From: a virus | Taxonomy: Duplodnaviria; Caudoviricetes | Virus record (IMG/VR): IMGVR_UViG_3300037524_000424 | Location: 1 to 64,000 of that record | Reading direction: 5' to 3' (one strand) | Length of the DNA: 64,000 bases | Part shown: positions 45,572 to 53,530 of the stretch, piece by piece | How the letters are laid out: every line of letters begins with the position of its first letter | Numbering within the stretch: the stretch's first letter is position 1 | The notes under the pieces: model-generated | Databases searched by the model: none | Told to the model about the DNA's origin: nothing | The model's input: the letters and a program-made list of their open reading frames with translations, nothing else | Position numbers and translations under genes: made by a program

Positions 45572-45818
45572 TACTCCTTGGATATAATTTATAGTAGCCG
45601 ATTATAGTTAGTATTATGAAGTTAAACCCGTAGTTCATTATTAGGGGTAAATTGAGCAGCCAGGAAACGTATATTAGTCCTAAAACATCGCCTGCGTACC
45701 AAATGGTGAACAATCCGACATCTATGTGATGAGAGTTACCATTTTTAATGGATAAATATGCAGTTGGTGCCCCGCAGACTGCTAGAAAGAATGAGGAGAG
45801 ATAGCCGACTATTTCCAC
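45561..45818 (-). CDS. PQ-loop / SemiSWEET-like 3-TM membrane protein
   Basis: IVGY....LAVCGAP.AY.S.K...SH.ID......W..G...L.Y....PLI.NY..N. Confidence 0.7.
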   Translation of the reverse strand: MEIVGYLSSFFLAVCGAPTAYLSIKNGNSHHIDVGLFTIWYAGDVLGLIYVSWLLNLPLIMNYGFNFIILTIIGYYKLYPRSNDV

Positions 45819-46429
45819 ATATCCTCCTTGGACGTTATGATCTTGTCCACTAATCCTAACTCTAGTGCTGCCTTAGCCGTCAGAAAGCGGTCAAAGGTTA
45901 TGAGCTTCTGGAGTTTCTTGCGGGTAAACGACGGATGCTTTTGTTTAATTCGTTCTAAGTAGATGCTTTCCATATCGACGTTGATGCGACTATTTTCATT
46001 AGCCCAGGATTCAAAGTCTTTAGAGTGCCCACCAAAGCCGTTAGTGCCATAGTGAAGCATCATACAAGCATTTTCCGAGATAGCACGATTGTCAGCCGCT
46101 TGCATAATGACTGACCCCATGGACATAACATATCCATAGCCGACGATGTTGACTTCGTTCTTGCATTGACGTATAGCGTCGTAAATGCCTATTCCATGAT
46201 AAAAATCTCCTCCAGGAGTATTTAATATAATGTTTATAGGCTGGTCTGCTTCTTTTGTGTTGTCTAGGATATATAAGTTTTTAATGACTTGGGCGGCAGT
46301 AAAGTTATCAATGCCCGCTTCTCCGTTTTCATCAGCTTGGATGCTGCCAATATAGAGAGTCCTGGTAGCAAAATGAATGTTATAGATGTGGAAGTTGTCA
46401 ATGTCATCCTTGCCGCTTTTCTTTGCCAT
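45809..46429 (-). CDS. clpP: ClpP-like protease
   Basis: INIILNTPGG...GIGIYD, VMSMGSVI, MMLH, FLTAKAALELGLVDKI. Confidence 0.9.
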   Translation of the reverse strand: MAKKSGKDDIDNFHIYNIHFATRTLYIGSIQADENGEAGIDNFTAAQVIKNLYILDNTKEADQPINIILNTPGGDFYHGIGIYDAIRQCKNEVNIVGYGYVMSMGSVIMQAADNRAISENACMMLHYGTNGFGGHSKDFESWANENSRINVDMESIYLERIKQKHPSFTRKKLQKLITFDRFLTAKAALELGLVDKIITSKEDMWK

Positions 46430-46438
46430 GACTAACTC

Positions 46439-47440
46439 CTAGAGTTTTACCATTAATGATTTCTTCTTTGCATCGCTATGTAAGTCTTTGGTGCCCCGAA
46501 GTTCGCAGCCACATTTAGTGCATTGAAACTTTTGGAACTTACCCTTTTGAGTATAATGAAATCCTGATTTCTTAAAGACACTATTGCCGCACTTACAGAC
46601 GTTTACGTCAGCTTCATGATATATGTTGAAGTCAATGCCGTTGTCCCAAGGACTCAGGATTTTAAATAGTTCTTCTAATGAGAGTACGTCATATTTGTTG
46701 TACTTTTCCATAGACTCGAACGCAGCTTTATTACCTTTAAGACATTCTGCCCACAACTTAAATCCAGAAAACTCAGCATGATCTTGTTTCTTAAACTCGA
46801 CGTTTAGCTTTGATGATAAGTATGCCAGTTTGTTTGAAGTGAAGCCGAACTTGGATTTAGCGATTTGCAACGTGTCGATATGCTTATAGCTGCGAGGAGG
46901 TTTAAATCCATTTAAGATAAAGCGAGCGTTCAACTTCTTAACGTCGAACTTCTTGCCGTTTTGAGTTACCACCACATCTGCCTCGTCTAAGAGCTTCCAG
47001 ATGCCTTTTAACAGTCGTTTGTCGTTGCTTATGTCCTTTTCGTTACGTTGATCGTCGTACATGATTTCAGGATTGTTTAGCCATTTAGCCGACCAACTCA
47101 GAACGTGCCAGTCTTCTTTGATCTGTTCTAGGGCTACGTTTTGGTCAAACAGTTGCCATACATAGCCGAGGATAGGGGAAGTCTCAATGTCGAAGATTAG
47201 GACTTTAGGTTGGACTATTTCAGTGTTAGGGAAGCAGTCTTTTTTGAGTTTGGTAAAGCCGCCTAGGGCATGTAAATCTTCTTTGTTTAGACGGTCGGCT
47301 ATATCAGTGTCAACGGAGATACGGATGTATTCGTCACGGCTAATAGCATACTCGGGTTTGCTGACTAAGTGGGCGACTTCAGACATAGTCGAGATAAAAC
47401 GGTCTTTCTTCGCTTGGAGTTCTTTTTTTAGTTTTGACAT
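46439..47440 (-). CDS. RNase H-fold (PolB-type) 3'-5' exonuclease with C-terminal zinc ribbon
   Basis: VLIFDIETSP, TQNGKKFD, HIDTL, YNKYDV; C..C...C..C tail. Confidence 0.8.
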   Translation of the reverse strand: MSKLKKELQAKKDRFISTMSEVAHLVSKPEYAISRDEYIRISVDTDIADRLNKEDLHALGGFTKLKKDCFPNTEIVQPKVLIFDIETSPILGYVWQLFDQNVALEQIKEDWHVLSWSAKWLNNPEIMYDDQRNEKDISNDKRLLKGIWKLLDEADVVVTQNGKKFDVKKLNARFILNGFKPPRSYKHIDTLQIAKSKFGFTSNKLAYLSSKLNVEFKKQDHAEFSGFKLWAECLKGNKAAFESMEKYNKYDVLSLEELFKILSPWDNGIDFNIYHEADVNVCKCGNSVFKKSGFHYTQKGKFQKFQCTKCGCELRGTKDLHSDAKKKSLMVKL

Positions 47441-47616
47441 TACTGTTCTCCAAATCCGGTATGACGTATAGTGTTGAGCTTCTCATACGTTAGCAGGATT
47501 TTGTAAATAAGGTTGCGAAATTGCAGGAGTTCGTCTGGAGTTTCGGCTTCAAAACCGATGTCCTGGATGATGGTTTCAACTGTTGTCTCGTACTGTTTTT
47601 GATTTAGAAGTCCCAT
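47440..47616 (-). CDS. 58 aa hypothetical protein (not in ORF track)
   Basis: MGLLNQKQYE...; AAGGT RBS; TAATG coupling to the exonuclease. Confidence 0.6.
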   Translation of the reverse strand: MGLLNQKQYETTVETIIQDIGFEAETPDELLQFRNLIYKILLTYEKLNTIRHTGFGEQ

Positions 47617-47622
47617 ATACCT

Positions 47623-47631
47623 TACTTGATG
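47623..47631 (-). promoter_or_regulatory. CATCAAGTA motif copy 12 (minus strand)
   Basis: 14 nt downstream of a TATAAT; followed by AGGTATATG. Confidence 0.6.
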
Positions 47632-47645
47632 CGAGTTTATATTTT

Positions 47646-47674
47646 ATTATAGCACGAAAAGTTCGCCCAGACAA
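47646..47674 (-). promoter_or_regulatory. sigma70-type promoter
   Basis: TTGTCT-17-TATAAT. Confidence 0.7.
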
Positions 47675-47692
47675 TATGCTAGACATTAGTTG

Positions 47693-47914
47693 TTATAAAA
47701 AATAAACATGACCTTTAGTTCTGGTTATAGATGGGTAGATTATAGACGTTAGTATATAATCTTCGTCTTTAAGAGAACCAGCAATAGTAACTTCCTCAAA
47801 AGAACGACCTCTTAAAAGTTCTACGTCTTTTTCTCGGACAATTAAAGTTTCATCTTTAGGAAGGTCATTAACTCGAACGGTTTTCGCATTTTTTGTAATT
47901 AATAATAAGTTCAT
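47693..47914 (-). CDS. hypothetical protein
   Basis: AGGAG RBS. Confidence 0.6.
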   Translation of the reverse strand: MNLLLITKNAKTVRVNDLPKDETLIVREKDVELLRGRSFEEVTIAGSLKDEDYILTSIIYPSITRTKGHVYFL

Positions 47915-47925
47915 CTTTTGCTCCT

Positions 47926-47934
47926 TACTTGATG
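47926..47934 (-). promoter_or_regulatory. CATCAAGTA motif copy 13 (minus strand)
   Basis: 14 nt downstream of TATAAT; abuts the RBS. Confidence 0.55.
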
Positions 47935-47948
47935 CAGGGTTAGATTAC

Positions 47949-47977
47949 ATTATAACACAAAAATGTCGCCCAGACAA
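47949..47977 (-). promoter_or_regulatory. sigma70-type promoter
   Basis: TTGTCT-17-TATAAT; shares TTGTCTGGGCGA with the 47646-47674 promoter. Confidence 0.7.
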
Positions 47978-47978
47978 T

Positions 47979-48170
47979 TTATTTATACTCAAACTTGGGA
48001 TGTCCTCCCTCCTCAAATTCTTCTTGTCCTTGGGGTAGATGTACCTGTAAGTGTAAATGTACTAAAGCTAAAACGTCTCCCCACTGTAATTCATGAGTCA
48101 CGACCATTTCGTCGAGGAGTATTTCAAGCTCCAAGAGAGTGTGCCCTAAAGGTCGAATTTTGGATTTCAT
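47979..48170 (-). CDS. hypothetical protein
   Basis: Coupled small ORF. Confidence 0.6.
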   Translation of the reverse strand: MKSKIRPLGHTLLELEILLDEMVVTHELQWGDVLALVHLHLQVHLPQGQEEFEEGGHPKFEYK

Positions 48171-48403
48171 TCTAACTCCTCATCCCACATTAAAACACAT
48201 TTATTTCCCTCTATCTCAGGAAGTCCTGGATAATACGTTTCTGGAGGTAGCATACCTAAATCCTCAACGTGCTTGAGGAATGATCCTGACAGCTTCGATG
48301 CCATTTTATCGTAGGTCATATCCCCATTTGCCCATCGTATCAGCAAGTCTTCGTTAGAATGGATGATCGCGTTAATTTCTTTTAGCATTTTTTTTCGTTT
48401 CAT
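48167..48403 (-). CDS. small protein, 'GMLPP...W' family
   Basis: FLKHVEDLGMLPP...WDEE. Confidence 0.6.
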   Translation of the reverse strand: MKRKKMLKEINAIIHSNEDLLIRWANGDMTYDKMASKLSGSFLKHVEDLGMLPPETYYPGLPEIEGNKCVLMWDEELE

Positions 48404-48810
48404 TTTACTTTCTCCAATGCTTTATATAACTTGGTATCGACCGGTATTGTGTCTACTACTCCAATTCCAGCGGCTAAAGACATACAACTAAGGCAATATC
48501 CGTGAGTGCCATCAAGTCGGGTTGTCCAAACGTCTTTTTTGCCGCAAGATTGACAGAAGTAATTAGTACGGTGTAACGTGTGTGTTTTTCCTTCGTATAT
48601 AAATTCTTTCTGCATTTCGACTTCTAGCCCACCGTTCGACTCTACATAGTCAACTATAAATTCCATAGCAGTCGTAACGTCTCTATCGTGGGTCAAATCT
48701 ACGTCAGCTAACTTTGGACGATCTACCAGTTCATTTGCTACCCGTAGAGCGTCTGCTTCGCTGCATAGGTAGTAACTTTTGATAAGTTCGGCTAATTGGT
48801 TGGTGTTCAT
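48400..48810 (-). CDS. zinc-finger hypothetical protein
   Basis: CQSC...CLSC; GGAG RBS. Confidence 0.6.
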   Translation of the reverse strand: MNTNQLAELIKSYYLCSEADALRVANELVDRPKLADVDLTHDRDVTTAMEFIVDYVESNGGLEVEMQKEFIYEGKTHTLHRTNYFCQSCGKKDVWTTRLDGTHGYCLSCMSLAAGIGVVDTIPVDTKLYKALEKVK

Positions 48811-48910
48811 TTTATCTCCTTTAATGTTCGATAGAGCGATACTATTATTTGTAGAATTATTATAATAAAACCTAATGCTAATAAAATCAATAAAAAAATT
48901 GCAGCTATTT

Positions 48911-49186
48911 TCATTTTAACTCCTCTATGTTAAACGTAATTCCATTTTTATACTTTTTAAAATCCTCATCATTTTGAGCTAGAAAAATTCGACAAACCTC
49001 ACCGTTTTTTTCTTTGTATTCGGAAATACATCCAGATCGTTCATCTACAAAATAGAAAATATCACCTCTAAGGCGAGGGTATGATATATATAATCTTTCT
49101 CTTGGAACAATAATCTCTTTTATTACACCAGGCGATTCACATACTTTTATTTTTATAGAAAATGGCGGATGTTTTATTGCACTCAT
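48911..49186 (-). CDS. hypothetical protein
   Basis: Coupled ORF, AT-rich. Confidence 0.5.
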   Translation of the reverse strand: MSAIKHPPFSIKIKVCESPGVIKEIIVPRERLYISYPRLRGDIFYFVDERSGCISEYKEKNGEVCRIFLAQNDEDFKKYKNGITFNIEELK

Positions 49187-49443
49187 TTTAACCCCTCTGA
49201 ATCATTATAAATTTTATCTATTGCCTTAAAAAACACGTTCAAACTCTCACCGTCATGAGCAAGCATTTTATGTAAACTTTCGACGGTAGTGCCTATAGCC
49301 GCAGCAAAGTCCTCACGATCGGTAATATATGCCGAGATTAAGTCAGTGCTTGCAGATATGTCGCCTTCTCGGATGTAGGTGGCGATTGTGTCTAGGATGA
49401 ATTTAGGATTTTTGAGTTGGTTGGTCATTTTAAACCATCGCAA
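49183..49443 (-). CDS. XRE-like HTH protein resembling addiction-module antidotes
   Basis: DREDFAAAIGTTVESLHKML...SLNVFFKAI helix-turn-helix pattern. Confidence 0.5.
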   Translation of the reverse strand: MRWFKMTNQLKNPKFILDTIATYIREGDISASTDLISAYITDREDFAAAIGTTVESLHKMLAHDGESLNVFFKAIDKIYNDSEGLK

Positions 49444-49655
49444 GAAATTTTCTCAGAATTAAAATCCATTACAATTTGGTAATCAAATTCTTTAGGATAA
49501 CAATACGGAAATTCACAATAATGGTATCTAGACTCTGTTACTTTTAAGATTTTAACAGCCGTATTAGAACTCAAAACAACACAGTCTCCTTCTTGGTATT
49601 TTGGTTCATTTGAACAGGATACAAACATTAATAATACTAATAAATACTTAATCAT
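49425..49655 (-). CDS. putative lipoprotein
   Basis: Lipobox-like FVSC; Y.EGDC motif shared with 52924-53145. Confidence 0.55.
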   Translation of the reverse strand: MIKYLLVLLMFVSCSNEPKYQEGDCVVLSSNTAVKILKVTESRYHYCEFPYCYPKEFDYQIVMDFNSEKISCDGLK

Positions 49656-49676
49656 AAAAACCCCTTTGTTGTATTC

Positions 49677-49705
49677 ATTTTACCACAAAATTAATCCGTA
49701 GTCAA
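49677..49705 (-). promoter_or_regulatory. sigma70-type promoter
   Basis: TTGACT-17-TAAAAT. Confidence 0.65.
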
Positions 49706-49709
49706 CTTA

Positions 49710-49910
49710 CTATATCGATGTTTTTTTCAAGAAATCTTTTAAAGTCTCTACCTCTTCTTTGGTTAATGTTAGAGAAACACAATCTAGTTCACATTCAAGT
49801 CCGATATGTAGTTCGCCATTCTCCTCTAAAGCGACATACAAGCTAGAATTATTCCATTGATCCTCTGCCTCAAATTCAACTGAATCATCCTTTATTATCG
49901 TTTTTCTCAT
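49710..49910 (-). CDS. hypothetical protein
   Basis: Coupled ORF. Confidence 0.55.
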   Translation of the reverse strand: MRKTIIKDDSVEFEAEDQWNNSSLYVALEENGELHIGLECELDCVSLTLTKEEVETLKDFLKKTSI

Positions 49911-50104
49911 TATTTTATCTCCTTTTTGTTATATCTCTCCAACTTAAATGCCACGCTCGGCACTAAAGTCTCCACTAACTCGTCGAAACTGATTTTACCT
50001 GACTTATACAACTCGAACCAAATTTCGTCTTCTTCGAGGATGTGTTTTAGTTCGGATTCGAGATTAGGTTTCATTTTCGGACTCCGTGTTTGTCTTTTAT
50101 TCAT
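49910..50104 (-). CDS. hypothetical protein
   Basis: Coupled ORF. Confidence 0.5.
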   Translation of the reverse strand: MNKRQTRSPKMKPNLESELKHILEEDEIWFELYKSGKISFDELVETLVPSVAFKLERYNKKEIK

Positions 50105-50107
50105 ATA

Positions 50108-50302
50108 TTATTTCTTTTCCACATCTACAACCGCTTCAGAGTTCCTTTCAAATGAGTTACTTACTTCCTCTCTTTCATAGTCTCCCTCATACTCCCCATT
50201 CCGCCATTTTTGTAATGCCTCTTCTTCTGATTCAGCCTCAATCCAGATTGATGAATCAAATTTGACTATTTCTCTCCATGTTATACAAAATCTTTTATTC
50301 AT
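50108..50302 (-). CDS. small acidic phage protein
   Basis: IEAESEEEAL motif. Confidence 0.6.
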   Translation of the reverse strand: MNKRFCITWREIVKFDSSIWIEAESEEEALQKWRNGEYEGDYEREEVSNSFERNSEAVVDVEKK

Positions 50303-50305
50303 ACC

Positions 50306-50602
50306 CTACTCCAATTTCTCGCTCTCTTTATAACACTCATTGTTGAGCTCTTTCTTTTTTGTTTTTAATTCTATTAATTCCTTATTAGCTCTCTCAATTC
50401 TGGAAGTTATTGTCTTTACTATTTTCTCTTCCATAGTGTCTTGTCTATGTTTAAGCACTCTTTCCCAATTACCTATGTAGCTTTCTTGTAAGGATATGGC
50501 ATCATTTATAGATACTATAGTAAACCAACAATCGGGGACAGGATTTTCGTGTTTTTCATAGCAACAACCAATCAAAAGTAGAAGTATTAAATAAGACTTC
50601 AT
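50306..50602 (-). CDS. putative lipoprotein
   Basis: LLILLLIGC lipobox. Confidence 0.55.
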   Translation of the reverse strand: MKSYLILLLLIGCCYEKHENPVPDCWFTIVSINDAISLQESYIGNWERVLKHRQDTMEEKIVKTITSRIERANKELIELKTKKKELNNECYKESEKLE

Positions 50603-50808
50603 TATCTTTTCTCCAGTTTATCCAAAGCAAGTTGTAAACTTTCCTCCAAAGACAGACCGTCTTTTTCAACGAAAACTAGTTTTTCGCAATTATAGTTGTT
50701 GCCTCTAATTTCAACCGACCATATATCTCCTAGGATGTCCAGATTCATTATAAGACAACAGGTGTCGTGTTTTCGTATTTTGTTGACTAATTCTTTAATA
50801 GTGTTCAT
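50602..50808 (-). CDS. hypothetical protein
   Basis: GGAGG RBS. Confidence 0.6.
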   Translation of the reverse strand: MNTIKELVNKIRKHDTCCLIMNLDILGDIWSVEIRGNNYNCEKLVFVEKDGLSLEESLQLALDKLEKR

Positions 50809-51293
50809 TTTAATCCTCCATCAATTAGCTGAAGACTCGATTTCTTAATTCTAGACAGTTTGTAGTAATTGTCAACCCCAAAATCTGGGTATTCGATTGA
50901 CCTTGGGAATAGATATTCATAGGGTAACATTCTAGCTTCTCTTAGATCTCTATATATAACACCAGCCAATTTATTTGACATCTTTTTGTATGGAAAATTG
51001 TTGCGCTCCCACTCTAAAATAATGGAATAATGTTCATCTATAGTGTTTAAAACCATTCTATATAGTCGTTTTTTGTCTGTAGTCATTTTTATTAGGTCTT
51101 GGTGTTTTCTGCGCCAAATATCTAGTGGCAATAATCCAGAATTTAGTAAGTTTTCTACTATAATAGTAGACAGGGTTTTGTTCATAATTCTGAAGTTTAT
51201 AGCATTTTGTTTATATTTTAAAAGTAAAATGTGTTTGTCATCTATAGATTCACTAATCACATTGACTAGCTGTATTTCTTCACAATCGTTCAT
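50805..51293 (-). CDS. hypothetical protein with two 'G/RMLP'-type segments
   Basis: LLNSGLLP and LREARMLP. Confidence 0.5.
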   Translation of the reverse strand: MNDCEEIQLVNVISESIDDKHILLLKYKQNAINFRIMNKTLSTIIVENLLNSGLLPLDIWRRKHQDLIKMTTDKKRLYRMVLNTIDEHYSIILEWERNNFPYKKMSNKLAGVIYRDLREARMLPYEYLFPRSIEYPDFGVDNYYKLSRIKKSSLQLIDGGLK

Positions 51294-51296
51294 TTT

Positions 51297-51647
51297 CTAC
51301 TCCCACCAGTAATACATATCATAATCCCTAAACTTCTCGCAATCTGCTCCGTCCTTAATCCATTGCTCCAGTCTCTTACTATTATAACCGAATTTTGAAC
51401 AATAGTCAATTACAAACTGCTTACCAAATCGCATTTCCGGCATATACATTGTCCAAACTTCGTAGTCTGGATATAGTACTTTTAATGCTTCTTTGCATAA
51501 CTCAGACCCAGCCATTTGGTTTCCGTGCAGTCTATCGCTTTCAGGATACATTATTTCGGCTAATGCTCTGTAAGTGCAGGTCTTTTTGAGTTCTCTGATG
51601 TTTAGTGCTTCTTCAGGTGTCATTTTCGGACTCCAACCAAAATCCAA
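51297..51647 (-). CDS. hypothetical protein
   Basis: ORF in the early cluster. Confidence 0.55.
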   Translation of the reverse strand: MDFGWSPKMTPEEALNIRELKKTCTYRALAEIMYPESDRLHGNQMAGSELCKEALKVLYPDYEVWTMYMPEMRFGKQFVIDYCSKFGYNSKRLEQWIKDGADCEKFRDYDMYYWWE

Positions 51648-51849
51648 TTACTGGTTCATAAGGCTCTGATAGATCTACATAAGTAATTCCAGACTCTTCT
51701 AGGCTATCCAAAATATCCTTAGCGATGAGGGAAAGATCTTTCTCATTAGCATTAATAACTGCATTATATTCGTCGTGATACTTAAGTAACTCTTTTTTAA
51801 TTATGTTTATTGCGTCAATTTTTTTCATTCTATATCCTCCCATGTCCAA
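51613..51849 (-). CDS. small protein, 'GMLPP...W'-like family
   Basis: ILDSLEESGITY...WLE. Confidence 0.5.
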   Translation of the reverse strand: MDMGGYRMKKIDAINIIKKELLKYHDEYNAVINANEKDLSLIAKDILDSLEESGITYVDLSEPYEPVIGFWLESENDT

Positions 51850-52097
51850 TCGTCACCAAATTCACCACAGTCTTCTTCCCATTCAGCAATTGACTGGTTA
51901 TACGTGAATGTTCCGTCAACTTCTCCAGTTTTACTGTCTCTAGTATCTAAAGTCACTTCTCTAACAACCGTTGGCGGACTCATTCCCATTTTCTCTGCTC
52001 TACGAATCAGCATATCGCAGATGTGGTAGTTGGAGCATCCTTCGGGGAAGGTGTCGAGGAAGTCAGCAAGTTGTTGGATGAAAATTGAACGAATCAT
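51825..52097 (-). CDS. small protein, 'GMLPP...W' family
   Basis: LIRRAEKMGMSPP...EWEED. Confidence 0.6.
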   Translation of the reverse strand: MIRSIFIQQLADFLDTFPEGCSNYHICDMLIRRAEKMGMSPPTVVREVTLDTRDSKTGEVDGTFTYNQSIAEWEEDCGEFGDDWTWEDIE

Positions 52098-52100
52098 GGT

Positions 52101-52256
52101 TTACTCCCCGTTTCCAAACCGGATTATTAGATATACACAAAAATAATAAAACAATAACAGACTTATAGCACGAATAATGGATATTGTATCTATGTTTGTG
52201 TGTAATCCTACGACAAGACCTACCAAAACATGATGTTTTATTTCAATTCTAGTCAT
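52101..52256 (-). CDS. 51 aa membrane peptide (not in ORF track)
   Basis: GGAG RBS; two hydrophobic stretches. Confidence 0.45.
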   Translation of the reverse strand: MTRIEIKHHVLVGLVVGLHTNIDTISIIRAISLLLFYYFCVYLIIRFGNGE

Positions 52257-52258
52257 TT

Positions 52259-52441
52259 TTACTCCTTCGGCAATTCCGGCAAATCTGCTTTTTCTGCTGC
52301 TACAACTTCTGCGAACTCACGCTGTAGTTCGTCGATTTTAGCGAGTAGGGGGTGTTTAGCTAATTGGTAGTTGTATTCAACTTCTCCTAGCTGTGAAATC
52401 AAGGTCATGTACTGTTGTTGTAGTTCCTCTTTCCTTTGCAT
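52259..52441 (-). CDS. small coiled-coil protein
   Basis: AAGGAG RBS. Confidence 0.6.
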   Translation of the reverse strand: MQRKEELQQQYMTLISQLGEVEYNYQLAKHPLLAKIDELQREFAEVVAAEKADLPELPKE

Positions 52442-52583
52442 CTGGATTCTCCTTGTGTATTAATTTAAAGCACCGATCACATAAATATCTGTTATCCATA
52501 TTCCCGCTATAGCAGCATTTAGACGTTAATTCTTCCTGAACTCTATTACAGTTCTCGCATCTCAACTTCTTCGACTTTCTCAA
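52377..52583 (-). CDS. zinc-finger small protein
   Basis: CENC...CDRC. Confidence 0.5.
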   Translation of the reverse strand: MRKSKKLRCENCNRVQEELTSKCCYSGNMDNRYLCDRCFKLIHKENPDAKERGTTTTVHDLDFTARRS

Positions 52584-52924
52584 AATATTTCCTTTTTACA
52601 TTTCCGACATACCTTAAACCACTTACCGTCTGCAACATTAGGAATAACTTCATGTTCGCAGTCACTAGGAGACTTATAAACCAATTCATCTAGTCCCCAG
52701 ATTTTAGCATCAGGATTAAACATCCCAAAGTCCAGTTGGTCGTCTATCAACTCTATCTCAGACTCCTCAGCTTCAACTAGTCTAATTCCGTACTCTAAAG
52801 CATACCTTTTTCTATTATATCCTGAAATATAAAAATCGTAAACCTTTAATATTTTAAAGTCCATTTTTGTCCAAGCGTGCCCATGCCTAGTGAACTTTAC
52901 CCAATCTCCCACTTTAAAAGACAT
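52580..52924 (-). CDS. hypothetical protein (SH3/KOW-like N-terminus, C-terminal Cys pair)
   Basis: FKVGDWVK; CEHE...VCRKC. Confidence 0.6.
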   Translation of the reverse strand: MSFKVGDWVKFTRHGHAWTKMDFKILKVYDFYISGYNRKRYALEYGIRLVEAEESEIELIDDQLDFGMFNPDAKIWGLDELVYKSPSDCEHEVIPNVADGKWFKVCRKCKKEIF

Positions 52925-53145
52925 TATTCCTCCCCGCAGTCAATAGGGACGGTTCCCCTATCAAAAGACTGCTTTCTCTGGACGTATAGCCGAGATTCTG
53001 GCAGTATGCGGTATACATAAACCGAACTTCGCACTTCGACTATTTGCCGCAAACTATCGTCTATCTTAGAGACTGCACAGTCGCCGACTTTATAGCGAGA
53101 AGAAGCAGAACATCCTATTAGCAGCAATAAAAGCAGTAGTCTCAT
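52924..53145 (-). CDS. putative lipoprotein
   Basis: MRLLLLLLLIGC; YKVGDC. Confidence 0.6.
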   Translation of the reverse strand: MRLLLLLLLIGCSASSRYKVGDCAVSKIDDSLRQIVEVRSSVYVYRILPESRLYVQRKQSFDRGTVPIDCGEE

Positions 53146-53146
53146 A

Positions 53147-53359
53147 TTAATCCCAATCTGTAAAGTTGCGCTCAAAGCTGATGCTATGAACGTCAGTTAA
53201 TACTTCCTTGCCTTCTTTTATGACTTTCTCTACCAGCAACCACTCTAGGTTAGAACCATAGCGGGCATACTTTTGGGAGTACAGAATAAAATGCTCCGGG
53301 AGTCTATCGGCTAGGTAGCGCATGGCAGCAAGTTGCGACTGTTTATTTGTCCTCATCAC
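53147..53359 (-). CDS. hypothetical protein
   Basis: Coupled ORF. Confidence 0.55.
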   Translation of the reverse strand: MMRTNKQSQLAAMRYLADRLPEHFILYSQKYARYGSNLEWLLVEKVIKEGKEVLTDVHSISFERNFTDWD

Positions 53360-53528
53360 CCCTCCCTAAATATTCGTTAATTTTCTCTTGCATTTCCATC
53401 ATTTTAACATACTGATTTAATATTCCTTGGATTGTGAATAGCGCGTAAGCAAATCCAAGATATTCGTTAAACTTGTAGATAAGGTATGACATAATAATGT
53501 GATACAGGATATTCGCCGCTATATACAC
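53343..53528 (-). CDS. small membrane protein
   Basis: Two hydrophobic stretches; GGAG RBS. Confidence 0.5.
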   Translation of the reverse strand: MYIAANILYHIIMSYLIYKFNEYLGFAYALFTIQGILNQYVKMMEMQEKINEYLGRGDEDK

Positions 53529-53530
53529 GT

